DNA of 46,860 bases, from NCBI GenBank assembly GCA_026397235.1, contig JAPLVG010000016.1, forward strand, positions 4,121-50,980. Reading direction: 5' to 3'. The notes under the pieces are model-generated. The model was not told the DNA's origin and searched no databases. It was given only the letters and a program-made list of their open reading frames with translations. The stretch is from Candidatus Berkelbacteria bacterium. Lineage in GTDB: Bacteria; Patescibacteriota; UBA1384; XYA2-FULL-43-10; CAINNR01. The translations under genes and the position numbers were made by a program. Shown here in pieces: positions 27,729 to 38,286 of this stretch. Within the stretch, counting starts at the first letter, position 1, and every line of letters starts with the position of its first letter.

Positions 27729-29758
27729 GCGAAACACTAAAACCACAATCAGTTTCTGACCATCGAAGCCAGTCGAGGCCGGCGATGCTGGTTGGCCCTG
27801 GCGCCGCTGGACGGGCTGGAATGGGTTTGGTTGAAAAACCAAAGGATTTTTGGGCAACAATGAAAAAGCTTGTCAGTTATTTGCGACCTTTTGGGCTGGC
27901 GATAATTTTAGTTTTCACTTTCGCTATTGCTTCAACGATTTTTGCTATTATGAGTCCGAAAATTTTGGGCAACATGACCAATCAGGTCGTGTCGGATTAT
28001 ATCAACATTAAAGCTTATGATAGCGTGACTGCCAATATTCCCAAAGGAACAATAATTCCGGTTGGCACAACATTGAATCAACTGCTATCGACTCTGCCAC
28101 CATCAATGGTCTCTAAACTGCCAGCCAATAAAATTGATCGGATTAGAAACTTGGATATCACCGTTCGGCCATCAATTAATTTTGATAAACTGCGCAGTTT
28201 TGCCATCAAATTGCTGATACTTTACATTTTGTCGGCGCTATTTTCCTTTATACAAGGCTGGATTATGACCTCGGTTTCGCAAAAAGTAACATATAAATTG
28301 CGTCGGGATATTTCAGAGAAAATTAATCGCTTGCCACTGCGTTATTTTGATCGCCGAACTTTTGGCGAGGTATTATCTCGTGTCACCAATGACGTGGATA
28401 CAGTTAGCCAAACATTAAATCAGAGTTTAAGCCAGATTGTTACTTCGGCTACACTGATCATTGGAATTCTCATTATGATGCTGACAATAAGCTGGCAAAT
28501 GACGCTGGTTTCAATTGTCCTTTTACCGCTAAGTTTTATTTTGATTGGTGCTATCATCAAAAAATCGCAGCACTTTTTTAAAGAACAGCAGGACCAGTTG
28601 GGTTCACTCAACGGTCATGTTGAAGAAATGTACGCTGGTCACAACGTCATGCGGGTTTTTAATGGTGAAGAGCGATCGGTTGCCAAATTCAAGCAAATCA
28701 ACTCGAGACTTTATGGTTCAGCTTGGAAATCGCAGTTTCTTTCCGGCTTAATGATGCCGATAATGACGTTTATTGGTAACCTAAGTTTTGTCGGTGTTTC
28801 GGTCGTTGGCGGTTGGCTGGCAATAAAAGGCCGGATTCAAATCGGTGATATTCAAGCCTTTATCCAATATGTTAATCAATTCAATCAGCCAGTGGTTCAA
28901 ACTGCTAATGTTGCCAATGTTATGCAATCAACAGCCGCTGCGGCTGAGCGAGTTTTTGAATTTTTAGCCGAAGAAGAGGAATCTGTTGATGCCAAAGATG
29001 CTATCCAATTGAAAAAAGTTTCTGGTAGTGTTGAGTTTGAAAAAGTAGTATTTGGATACGATCCAGAAAAAGAGATCATTCACAATTTCTCCGCCAGTAT
29101 TAAACCAGGACAAAAAATTGCCATTGTTGGGCCAACCGGTGCCGGGAAAACAACGATGGTTAATTTACTAATGCGTTTTTATGAAACTAATAAAGGTTCT
29201 ATTAAAATTGATGGCATTGACAGCAAAAAGATGTGCCGGGCGGATGTTCGAAGATTATTTGGTATGGTTTTGCAGGACACCTGGCTATTTAACGGCACAA
29301 TCCAAGAAAACATTGCCTATGCCAAGCCGGAGGCGACCGATGTCGAAGTAACCGCTGCTGCTAAAGCGGCACATGCTGATCACTTTATTCATGCGCTGCC
29401 GGAGGGCTACAAGTTGCAATTAAATGAAGAAGCCGACAACATTTCACAGGGTGAAAAACAGCTCTTGACTATCGCTCGAGCAATGTTGGCAAAAACTCCA
29501 ATGTTAATTTTGGATGAAGCAACATCATCCGTCGACACCAGAACAGAGCTTCTTATTCAGAAGGCGATGGAGAACTTAATGAAAGGCAAAACTAGTTTTG
29601 TTATCGCTCACCGACTTTCGACCATCCGCGAAGCAGATTTAATTTTGGTCATGCGCGATGGAAATATTGTCGAGCAGGGGACTCACAAAGAACTTTTGAA
29701 AAAGAACGGTTTCTACGCTTCGCTTTACAACGCCCAGTTTGTAGTTTCCGGCAGCTAA
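27725..29758 (+). CDS. heterodimeric ABC exporter subunit 2 (TMD+NBD)
   Basis: GPTGAGKT, ISQGEKQ, ILDEATS, IAHRLST. Confidence 0.95.
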   Translation: MSETLKPQSVSDHRSQSRPAMLVGPGAAGRAGMGLVEKPKDFWATMKKLVSYLRPFGLAIILVFTFAIASTIFAIMSPKILGNMTNQVVSDYINIKAYDSVTANIPKGTIIPVGTTLNQLLSTLPPSMVSKLPANKIDRIRNLDITVRPSINFDKLRSFAIKLLILYILSALFSFIQGWIMTSVSQKVTYKLRRDISEKINRLPLRYFDRRTFGEVLSRVTNDVDTVSQTLNQSLSQIVTSATLIIGILIMMLTISWQMTLVSIVLLPLSFILIGAIIKKSQHFFKEQQDQLGSLNGHVEEMYAGHNVMRVFNGEERSVAKFKQINSRLYGSAWKSQFLSGLMMPIMTFIGNLSFVGVSVVGGWLAIKGRIQIGDIQAFIQYVNQFNQPVVQTANVANVMQSTAAAAERVFEFLAEEEESVDAKDAIQLKKVSGSVEFEKVVFGYDPEKEIIHNFSASIKPGQKIAIVGPTGAGKTTMVNLLMRFYETNKGSIKIDGIDSKKMCRADVRRLFGMVLQDTWLFNGTIQENIAYAKPEATDVEVTAAAKAAHADHFIHALPEGYKLQLNEEADNISQGEKQLLTIARAMLAKTPMLILDEATSSVDTRTELLIQKAMENLMKGKTSFVIAHRLSTIREADLILVMRDGNIVEQGTHKELLKKNGFYASLYNAQFVVSGS

Positions 29759-29786
29759 TTAATCTTTTTTGTCGGCAAAATTTGAT

Positions 29787-29836
29787 CTAAAAAATTACTG
29801 ATTTTGACCGATCGGTACAAATCAGTAATTTTTTAG
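29787..29836. repeat. CGATCG-centred palindromic repeat, copy B (diverged arms)
   Basis: CTAAAAAATTACTGATTTTGACCGATCGGTACAAATCAGTAATTTTTTAG. Confidence 0.75.
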
Positions 29837-29904
29837 GTTGTATTTTGAATATTTCGATAACTATGATATTATCTATCCTAGATATAGGAAGGGGTATCTC
29901 TATA

Positions 29905-30171
29905 ATGCCAGGCACTTGGTTTATTCAGACTATGACGCCGAAGCAAGCAGAGCAGATGATACCGGGGTTGGCGGCTTGTTGCCGTGGTTTGGCGCGGCGC
30001 TATTATGCAGCTGGTTTGCCGACGACGCCAATAGCGACGACGCCTGCAGCTGTCCGGCGTGCGATGGAAGATGCCGGAATCATCTCGCGACCAATGTCAT
30101 GGTGGCGGCGTATCATTGCCTGGGTAGCCCGATGGGTTGCCCGTTTTTTTATCCAAAAATTCTGCCGATGA
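29905..30171 (+). CDS. hypothetical protein (GC-rich ORFan)
   Basis: MPGTWFIQ... after a purine-rich GGAAGGGG; overlaps the VIT1 3' end. Confidence 0.45.
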   Translation: MPGTWFIQTMTPKQAEQMIPGLAACCRGLARRYYAAGLPTTPIATTPAAVRRAMEDAGIISRPMSWWRRIIAWVARWVARFFIQKFCR

Positions 30172-30838
30172 AATAGCCGGCAAGTGCGGCGGTCATGCCG
30201 ATTGTAGCAAGTTGAAGAGCGCTTTTAACGGGGGAGCCGATGGTCATTTTTGCTTTGTAGAAGCCGACAGCCAAAAGAACAACAACTGATATTCCAAGTG
30301 AAATCCAAATTGCTGTGTGAATTGGCGCGAAGAAAAATGGTGTCAGCGGAACAAAAGATCCGACAAGGGCGGAGAAACCAACAACAAAACTCGAAGTATA
30401 AATTTCCTTTTGTTTGATCTCTTTTAGTTCCAGCTCTTCCTTCATCATTTGGTCGACCCAAAGGCTGTCGGAGGAAATTATATGCTTGACTATGTCTTCT
30501 AATAATTGGCCATCAAAGCCTTTTTTTCGGTAAACATCGCGGATTTCTTGTTCTTCTTTTTTCGGCAGAGTTTTTAATTCGCGGTGTTCACGTTCGAGTT
30601 CCGAATAATAATGATCGCGTTCGGCCATCATTGAGGTTAGTGCCACCGCCGCCATGGAAATGCTTTCGGCAAAAGTTGCCGCCAGACCACCAGCGATAAC
30701 AATTTTTGGATCATTTGACGCCGCAGCGACACCAAGTATCACACCCAAAACGTTTACTAACCCGTCTTGTCCACCCAAAATCATGTCCGACAATCTGTTG
30801 CCGGTAGATTTTCTTGAAAGTTCCCCTGAGTGAACCAT
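30149..30838 (-). CDS. VIT1/CCC1 family Fe/Mn transporter
   Basis: ILGGQDGLV, AESISMA, MMKEEL, GSFVPL.P. Confidence 0.93.
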   Translation of the reverse strand: MVHSGELSRKSTGNRLSDMILGGQDGLVNVLGVILGVAAASNDPKIVIAGGLAATFAESISMAAVALTSMMAERDHYYSELEREHRELKTLPKKEEQEIRDVYRKKGFDGQLLEDIVKHIISSDSLWVDQMMKEELELKEIKQKEIYTSSFVVGFSALVGSFVPLTPFFFAPIHTAIWISLGISVVVLLAVGFYKAKMTIGSPVKSALQLATIGMTAALAGYFIGRIFG

Positions 30839-30908
30839 TTTTCCTCCTGATATATTTTTTTGCTAATGGTGATTGGCGTAGTTTTGCTATAAGAGTAAAA
30901 CTTTCATT

Positions 30909-31883
30909 TTATTGGACAACATTTTGTACTGCACCAGAAGTGGTAGAACTGCCAGAAGACCCTTGAACACCGGGATTGCCACCTTTAATGACAACACCAG
31001 CAGTACCGCCGGAACTGCCAGTAACAGACTGTGCTGATGATGATGTGCCACCAGCGACAGTATTTACAATTACATTACTCGAAACCCCGGTACTTTGGCC
31101 GACGACCACCCAGCCCGAACTGGTGTAGTTTTCTACGACTGTGCCGTTACTTTGCTGTATTGTCCATTTTTTCTGACCACTATCACTGGTAACTGAACTT
31201 GGGCCGGTGCCAGGAGCGTATTCAATCTTTAGTTTGCCGCTATCTTGAGTAATTTTTGCCTCACCGCTATCTATCAACACACCATTAATGCCTTCGCCAG
31301 TTGTTCCGGCGGCATAAACACGGGTATTTTTTTCATTACTTGGGTCAATGGTTCCATCGGGATCGCGCCACGCACCAACGATGTCGTTTTCAAATTCTTT
31401 AACATCAGTGTCCTGTTGTTTTTTTAGAATTGCAGATTTTGTTTTACTTACCGCCTCTTCCTGGGCTTTTACTATTTGATTTTTTACCGTTTCCGATTTT
31501 GTTTCCTGACGAATTGTCGACAGAGTTTTTTGCCTTTCCAATTCACGACTGACAACCATATTGATAGTATCGGCCGAAATATTTTTCGTCTTAATGATAT
31601 TCGTTTCCTTGTCTTTTAGTTGCAGATATCTATCAGCCATAGTGGAAACGCCACTGTCATCACTTGATTGGCTGGCAGTTTGAATATTGGCAACGCGCTC
31701 CGTAGCGTAGTTATCAAGAGTTTTGACTTTTGACTCGGATTTCCATGTGAGTAAATTTAGATTGATCCACTCTTTGGCGTAAGTCAACTGAGTTGGCAAT
31801 TTGCTTTGACCATTAGCTGCCAACGCCGATGTCGCTAAAAATATCACTAGGCTTGCAACCAAAATCAGCAATGTTTTTTTCAT
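30909..31883 (-). CDS. secreted hypothetical protein (helical N-terminal domain, Gly/Ser tail)
   Basis: Signal peptide MKKTLLILV...ALA; KE.I.L..T...K.....A.ER pattern reminiscent of DUF5667. Confidence 0.6.
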   Translation of the reverse strand: MKKTLLILVASLVIFLATSALAANGQSKLPTQLTYAKEWINLNLLTWKSESKVKTLDNYATERVANIQTASQSSDDSGVSTMADRYLQLKDKETNIIKTKNISADTINMVVSRELERQKTLSTIRQETKSETVKNQIVKAQEEAVSKTKSAILKKQQDTDVKEFENDIVGAWRDPDGTIDPSNEKNTRVYAAGTTGEGINGVLIDSGEAKITQDSGKLKIEYAPGTGPSSVTSDSGQKKWTIQQSNGTVVENYTSSGWVVVGQSTGVSSNVIVNTVAGGTSSSAQSVTGSSGGTAGVVIKGGNPGVQGSSGSSTTSGAVQNVVQ

Positions 31884-31901
31884 ATTTCTCCTTAAAAATT
31901 A

Positions 31902-32603
31902 TTAGGAAACAGTAATTTGGATGATAAAAACCAAATCATCTTTAAAATAAATATTTAAATCATAAATTCCTGGTGAAACATTATCCAAAGAAGTTCCGCT
32001 GCCGATATCACGGCCGGAAAATGACAATTGCTGTTCGTTTTTTGATGAACGGGAAATTTCGCCACTGCTCGAATTAATAATTTGGTAATAAAATTCGCCG
32101 ATAGTTGTTGATTTAACGCCGATAAAGTCCATTTCAAGTGCGTCAGTTTGGACAAAATTAGTGGTAACGGTTTCAGGATTACTTGGACCGGGGCCACTGC
32201 CAGGTTTTATTTTAGAGATTACAACCTTAGTGAAATATTTTGAATAATCCGGCGGAATTATACAGGTGCCGATTTTGCAATAAAGTCCATCGGCACAATC
32301 TTTATAAGTAATACAAGCATCGTTGACTTTTCCTTCAGTACATTTGGAGTTGACACAGTAACTCGTTTTGCAGTCAGCCTGGTCGGAACAGGCTGATCCT
32401 CTTGCACCGGACGAGCAGGTTTTGCTGATGCATTTTAGATTAGTTTCACATCTTCTATCAGACGAGCAACTTCCGCCCTCGGCTGATTTTTTCAAAAAGA
32501 AATACCAATCACCAATGATTGCCGCTGCAATTACGACAATAATCAAAATAATCCAAATATTCTTTCCGCCGTTCTTTTTTCCTAATTCCATTTCTTCAGG
32601 CAT
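31902..32603 (-). CDS. membrane-anchored protein with three Cys-rich repeats
   Basis: N-terminal TM and three G..C-x5-C-x3/4-C-x4-C units. Confidence 0.7.
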   Translation of the reverse strand: MPEEMELGKKNGGKNIWIILIIVVIAAAIIGDWYFFLKKSAEGGSCSSDRRCETNLKCISKTCSSGARGSACSDQADCKTSYCVNSKCTEGKVNDACITYKDCADGLYCKIGTCIIPPDYSKYFTKVVISKIKPGSGPGPSNPETVTTNFVQTDALEMDFIGVKSTTIGEFYYQIINSSSGEISRSSKNEQQLSFSGRDIGSGTSLDNVSPGIYDLNIYFKDDLVFIIQITVS

Positions 32604-32744
32604 AATCTCTCCCTTTTTACTACTAAATTAATTATACATTGAAATTAGGAGAATCAAAAATCGAGCGAAGTTTATTAGTGTGATATAATAAATCTAAGAA
32701 AAATTGCTGGTCGTTTTTAGTAAATAATATTTCTGGGGGTAAAA

Positions 32745-34562
32745 ATGTTTTGCACCAAATGTGGAGAGAAACTAAAGGAAGGGGAGAAGTTTTGTTCTAA
32801 GTGTGGACATCCTGGCCATGGATCCGAAGAGAAATCAGAGGAAGCGAAAAAGGAGGAACCAGCGCCTCCGAAAGCCGCAGTACCAGCTGCGCCAGCAAGA
32901 AAAAAAAATCCTTGCCTAACTTGTGCCGGACTGTTTTTAATTTTTATTTTAGCGCCGATAATCTTATATTTGGGTTTTGGCTCCAAATCATCAACCAGTT
33001 CCTCAGCGGTTTTTGTTTGGGTAGCTATTACGGCTGTGACAGTATTCCTTCTGTACCTGATCTATGAATTTATTAAAGCGATTGTCAAGAAACAGGTCGC
33101 TGGTGCAATTGCGATGGGAGTCGCAATTTTATTGATTCTTGGTGCCGGCACTATCATTTACTATTATCAAAAAGACAAAGAAGCTTCCAGTTATGGCAAC
33201 ATGCAAGATGCATTCACATCGGCATTGGCAGCTGAGTATTTGGGCGATGATATCGTCGCCGGAAAATCAACTGCCGATTTTGCCGGTGTCAAAACTCAGA
33301 CTGCTGCGGCGACAGATTCGCTATCAAAAGTTTCGCCGCCTTCTGGTTTCAGCGACTATTACAATGCTATTTATGACTGGTCAAAAAAATTAAATGATGC
33401 CGCCGCCAGTAAAAAAGCTTGGAAAACCAGGCCGGAGGCACCGACAACTTTCGCATCGCAAGTATCCGGTTATCAGGCAAAAGACGCTTTTCAGACCTCG
33501 CTTGATCGGATTGTATCAACAAAAGATTATGGTGACTTAGCGATTGCCAAAGGCGATAAAGATTCAATGCGCTATATCGGGGCTGAACTTCAGGCTGAGG
33601 ATATCGCGCTTGGTGATATCTCCACCGCTTATGTTGTATCAGTTGATCGCCTAGCGGAAATTATTGTTACACCAGCCGAGGCAAAAAATTCGCTCCGATT
33701 TCCACTTGGCCGCTGTGGAGATTTCGCTCCTTGCCACGGCAATGTCAAAAAGAAATTGCCGCCGACTTGGCAATCGGCGCATCGGTATTCTGTTGGCGAT
33801 GGTGATGCTCGGACTGCATGGAACAATGCTTGGGATGATATGCTAAAAACTATTTCTATCGATAACGGTTACAATACTGGCGGTGCTGGAATTACCCAAG
33901 GCTCTGACCCGAAAGCAGTCTCGCCAATGGAGCAAGCGTTTAATGATGAATGTGCGGCAAAAGGTGGGAAAACCGGCGGAGCTAGCGGCGTTAAAGATCG
34001 CTTGCCGACAACATTGTCAGCCGGCTGGAATTGCAATTATCCAAATGGCTCTCAAACTTGCTGGGATTATCTGACAACCTCCGGCCAACGCTTTATGGGT
34101 GGAAACAATGGTTGTCCGGAACAGGGACTTTTGCCGAAACCATATACGGCGCCAACTTGGATACCAAACTTTGGTGGTGGGGGAAATAATGGTGGCGGGG
34201 GAACAATCACACCAACTTGGAATGGCAATTATCATGTTACCTATTCAACCATGAGCTGTAATCTCGGCACCTCACTCGGGTACGGTTCAATGTTTAATGC
34301 CGCTGGTTTCTCTGACACAGTCGTTGTTAGTGGCAATAAAGTAAAAAATTTTGATGGCACAACTTCGCAAATTGATTCTGCTGGCAATGCAACCTTTGTT
34401 TATAGTATGAATTACGGTGGCGTTGGCGGCATAAAATTCACCGCAATTTACCATTTTTCCGGCTCCTCAGTTTCCGGCAAAATTTCAATGGTGGTTAACG
34501 CCTACACTGAAGGTGGCACTGGCACCGTTACTTGTTCGGAAACATTTTCCGGTTCGAAATAA
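32745..34562 (+). CDS. zinc-ribbon membrane protein with large extracellular region
   Basis: MFCTKCG...FCSKCG, three TM helices, Gly/Cys-rich C-terminal part. Confidence 0.75.
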   Translation: MFCTKCGEKLKEGEKFCSKCGHPGHGSEEKSEEAKKEEPAPPKAAVPAAPARKKNPCLTCAGLFLIFILAPIILYLGFGSKSSTSSSAVFVWVAITAVTVFLLYLIYEFIKAIVKKQVAGAIAMGVAILLILGAGTIIYYYQKDKEASSYGNMQDAFTSALAAEYLGDDIVAGKSTADFAGVKTQTAAATDSLSKVSPPSGFSDYYNAIYDWSKKLNDAAASKKAWKTRPEAPTTFASQVSGYQAKDAFQTSLDRIVSTKDYGDLAIAKGDKDSMRYIGAELQAEDIALGDISTAYVVSVDRLAEIIVTPAEAKNSLRFPLGRCGDFAPCHGNVKKKLPPTWQSAHRYSVGDGDARTAWNNAWDDMLKTISIDNGYNTGGAGITQGSDPKAVSPMEQAFNDECAAKGGKTGGASGVKDRLPTTLSAGWNCNYPNGSQTCWDYLTTSGQRFMGGNNGCPEQGLLPKPYTAPTWIPNFGGGGNNGGGGTITPTWNGNYHVTYSTMSCNLGTSLGYGSMFNAAGFSDTVVVSGNKVKNFDGTTSQIDSAGNATFVYSMNYGGVGGIKFTAIYHFSGSSVSGKISMVVNAYTEGGTGTVTCSETFSGSK

Positions 34563-34579
34563 TTAACTGAAGGGGATAT

Positions 34580-35931
34580 ATGAAAATCATCAAAATCTTA
34601 GGACTGTTCATCGTTGTTGTATCTTTGTTTTTCCCATCAATCAAACCAGCCAAGGCCGACGGTGGAATTTATGTTCCGCCTGACTATTACGGTTACGAAA
34701 CCAGCCAGCAGGCGTTTATCTACTTCGCTGGACAAACCGAAACCTTAGTCATTTCCGCTGGTTTTCGCGGCAATGCCAAGGATTTTTCTTGGGTCATACC
34801 ATTGCCGGCAAAACCGGAAATTGACAAAGCTTCGCCACAACTTTTTAAAACTTTGGCAGAAATAACTAGACCAACAATTGGAAATTTGAGTACCAGTAGC
34901 GGTTTTGGTTTTAGCCGGCCGAATTCCGCTCGCCAAATTCCGCTCAAATGCCGGTCGAGATAATTTCGGAAAAAACCGTTGATATGTACAATACCGCAGT
35001 CCTCAAGGCCAGCGACGAAAAATCGCTTTCCACTTGGCTCGCCGACCACGGTTACAATTATCCGGCGGGGCAGGATGCGGCGCTAAAAAGTTATGTTGAC
35101 AGTGGCTGGTATTTTGCCGTTGCCAGAATTCAGCCGAGCTTGGTCAATGATCCGAGTACCGGAAGAGCAATGGCCCACGGCGATTTAACGCCGCTAAAAT
35201 TCACTTTTAAAACCGATAAGATAATTTATCCGATGAAACTAACCGGCGTTGTGCTTCGATCTATTTTGCCAACCGACGTTGCCGATTCGCCGACCGATTT
35301 ACCGGTCGGCGCGCAACCGGAAATAGTTTCGACCAGTATGCCGCTGACTTTGTACGTGATTTCGGCCGGTAAAGTCGAAGAAAGTTCGCTTACCGAAAAT
35401 TATGCTAATTGGTTGCTAAAAAATAATCTGGACGAAATTAATACCGGTCTTTCCGGAACACAAATCACCGGCGATAAACTCTTTCTAACCAGACTGTCAG
35501 CAACTTTTGTCCCGGACAAAATCACCGGTGATTTGACCATCACATCCGCATCAAACAACAGCATTATTCCGGCTCCGGTTAATAAAACCGCTGACTTTTG
35601 GTTGACCAATGCTCTTATCTTTGTCGTGACAATATTAATGTTAGTTTTACTGCTGCCCGGCTCAATTTTTATCGTTTCTGTCGTACTGCAACGTTTTGTT
35701 AGAAATAAAACGGTTTTCATCATCGCCAGTATTTATCAAATTTTATATTGTCTGTTAGCGATTCTTCTCTGGATGCTGTTTATTTCCGCCAGTGGCGGTA
35801 GCGAGTCATTTCTGTCCGAGAGCGGCCCGCTCGGCGTAACGGCTGGCATGGTATTAGTGCTGACAGCGGCGATTTTCTTTATCATCAAAATGTTAAGACA
35901 CTACAAAAAAACCTTTTCTCCGCCGGCCTAA
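34580..35931 (+). CDS. DUF2330-like protein with C-terminal TM helices (one frameshift near 34910-34950)
   Basis: Signal peptide, DGG, Q.A.I, F.G...DFSWVIPLP..P in ORF1; L..WL..HGY, YV..GWYF, PL.F.F.....YPM in ORF2. Confidence 0.7.
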
Positions 35932-36018
35932 CTTTTTGCATTTTGACAAAGATATCATTAAGTTTTAAGATAAAAGGGTAGCAGCATTATTGATTTAATA
36001 GCGATAAAGGGAGGGAAG

Positions 36019-38254
36019 ATGATGCAATTACGAAAGTGGGCAAAGAAAGTTGTCGTTTTCTCTTGCGCACTATCGATGGTTTTTTATTCATTGTTTATTG
36101 CTCTACCGCCACAGTTTGCTGAAGCCGGCACTCCGCCGACCGCTGCCATCACTTATTCAACCGATGGCGGTTCAACTTGGGCTTCGACTGCCAGCGTCAA
36201 AAACGGTACGACTTTGAGGGTAATCCACTTTTTCTGAAGATATGTCTGACACGACGGTTACTCAGGTTGCAATTGATAGTGATTTGCGTTCGGCTGTCGA
36301 TATGACAAAAGGGGTCGACAAACAACATTACTATTATGACTTTACGGTTCCGGCTGGCAATGTTGCAACGGCAACAGTTTCGCTTTCAGTTGGTATCGAT
36401 GACGATGACGGCGATGTCATTAACTCTACCCCAACTTCAGGGGCCACCTTTTCTGTCGATAACGCCGCGCCGACAGCTGCTGTTACTTACTCCAAAGATG
36501 CTGGTTCAACTTGGGCGTCATCAATCTCTGTTAAAAATTCAGACACTCTCATTATCAAAGCGACTTTTAATGAACCAATGGTTGTTGATCCAGCGACAAA
36601 AATCGCTCTTGATCATGCCGTTTTGTCGGCAACTGATATGACGAAAGATGACTCTACTCATTATACCTATACCCTCGATGTTGGGGCATCAGAAACTCAT
36701 CTTGATACAATAGCGGTCTCTCTTTCGGTCGGCACTGATCTGGCTGGTAATATTATTACAGCCACTCCGACTTCCGGAGTATCATTTAAGATTGACAACG
36801 AAGCCCCAACTTTTACCATCCAGTATTATTCCAATTCCGGACTCTCAACTTCACTGGGCAACAATCCTTATCTAAAAGTCGGGACATACTATATAAAAAT
36901 TACCTCCGACGAGCCACTGGCGGCCACTCCAACAGTTGAAAGCAATACCGGAGGGGTTCTAAATCAAGTTGTTGATGGAGCAACCGCAGCCGTTTCTGGT
37001 AATGATTATAAATATACTCGCACAATAATCCATGACGATGCCGGCATTGGAGATAGTATGGAAAGCTTAACGCTCAACGGGACTGACTTGGCTGGCAATG
37101 CCGCAACACTAGTTCCTCCGACTAACTATCTTGCCAAAAGTGCTTATATCGATACGGTTTCTCCGGCAGTCGATGCTGCGGCAATCACCTCACCAAACGG
37201 CGGCGAACATTGGGCCGGCGACTCAGTTCACAATATTACCTGGGATCCAACTAAAATTACGGACCAAAATCTGCCTGAGTTATCGATCGCTTTGGACTAT
37301 TGGGATGGAACTGATACTGGCACATGGAGATCAATTTCTGGCGATATGGCTAATACCGGCAGTTATAGCTGGACACTTCCTTCGTTATTTGATAGATCAG
37401 ATGTTACTATCTGGTTGCAAGTCACAGATAAAGCAGAAAACCATACCAATGCTTTCAGCGGCGGCGGCATTATCAACTTTACCATCGATTCCACTCCTCC
37501 GATGGCTCCTCAGGTTCCTGATTTTGTGGACGACAGCGGCTATAGAAACATTGCTGATAAAGCGGCAGGTATTGATGCTGTTGTTAATTTTATGCCTCTT
37601 CCCCTTGGCGCTGCCGTCGGCGATACATTGGAGCTTTTGCTAGATGGTGTTTCTTTCCCAATTCCTCAAACACATGTTCTCACCAGCGAAGATCTTGCTG
37701 ATCCGGATAATCCATATTATTTATTTACTATTCCATCTGCTGCCTGGGGTGATATTGGAGATGGAACCAAAACCATTACAGCCAATACTACCGACATGGC
37801 TGGAAATGTTGGAGTTGGTTTTGCAGGCATAACTTTTATTTTGGATACTGGCGCTCCGACCGTTGATGCTGGCGCAAATAGAATAATGTATGCCAACCAG
37901 ACAATTACTCAGAATGGCACAGTCTCTGGTGCTACCGGAATCGCTTGGTCTGGCAACAGTGCTGTTGGTTTTGGTTCGACCGCGGCGGTCAGCACAATTT
38001 CTTGTGCCACTGCCGGAACTTATACTCTGACATTGACCGGATCGGATACCGCCGGCAATTCTGCTTCGGATACCATGACTTTGACAGTTTATAAAAATGG
38101 CGATATTAATAATGACGGGTCAATCAACAACGACGATTTTACCTTGTTGATGTACAACTGGGGTGCGCCAACCAACACTATGGCCGACTACAATTCAAGC
38201 GGTGCGGTTGACAATGACGATTTCACAATTATGATGTATTGGTGGAACGCTTAA
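36019..38254 (+). CDS. large secreted Ig-like repeat protein with C-terminal dockerin (one frameshift near 36225)
   Basis: Signal peptide; repeat PTAAITYS.D.GSTWAS...VKN..TL shared by both ORFs; D.AGN and D..AP Ig-like repeats; duplicated GDINNDGSINNDDF / ADYNSSGAVDNDDF Ca-binding loops. Confidence 0.8.
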
Positions 38255-38286
38255 AAAATTTAAAATTATAAAATAGGAGGAGACAA

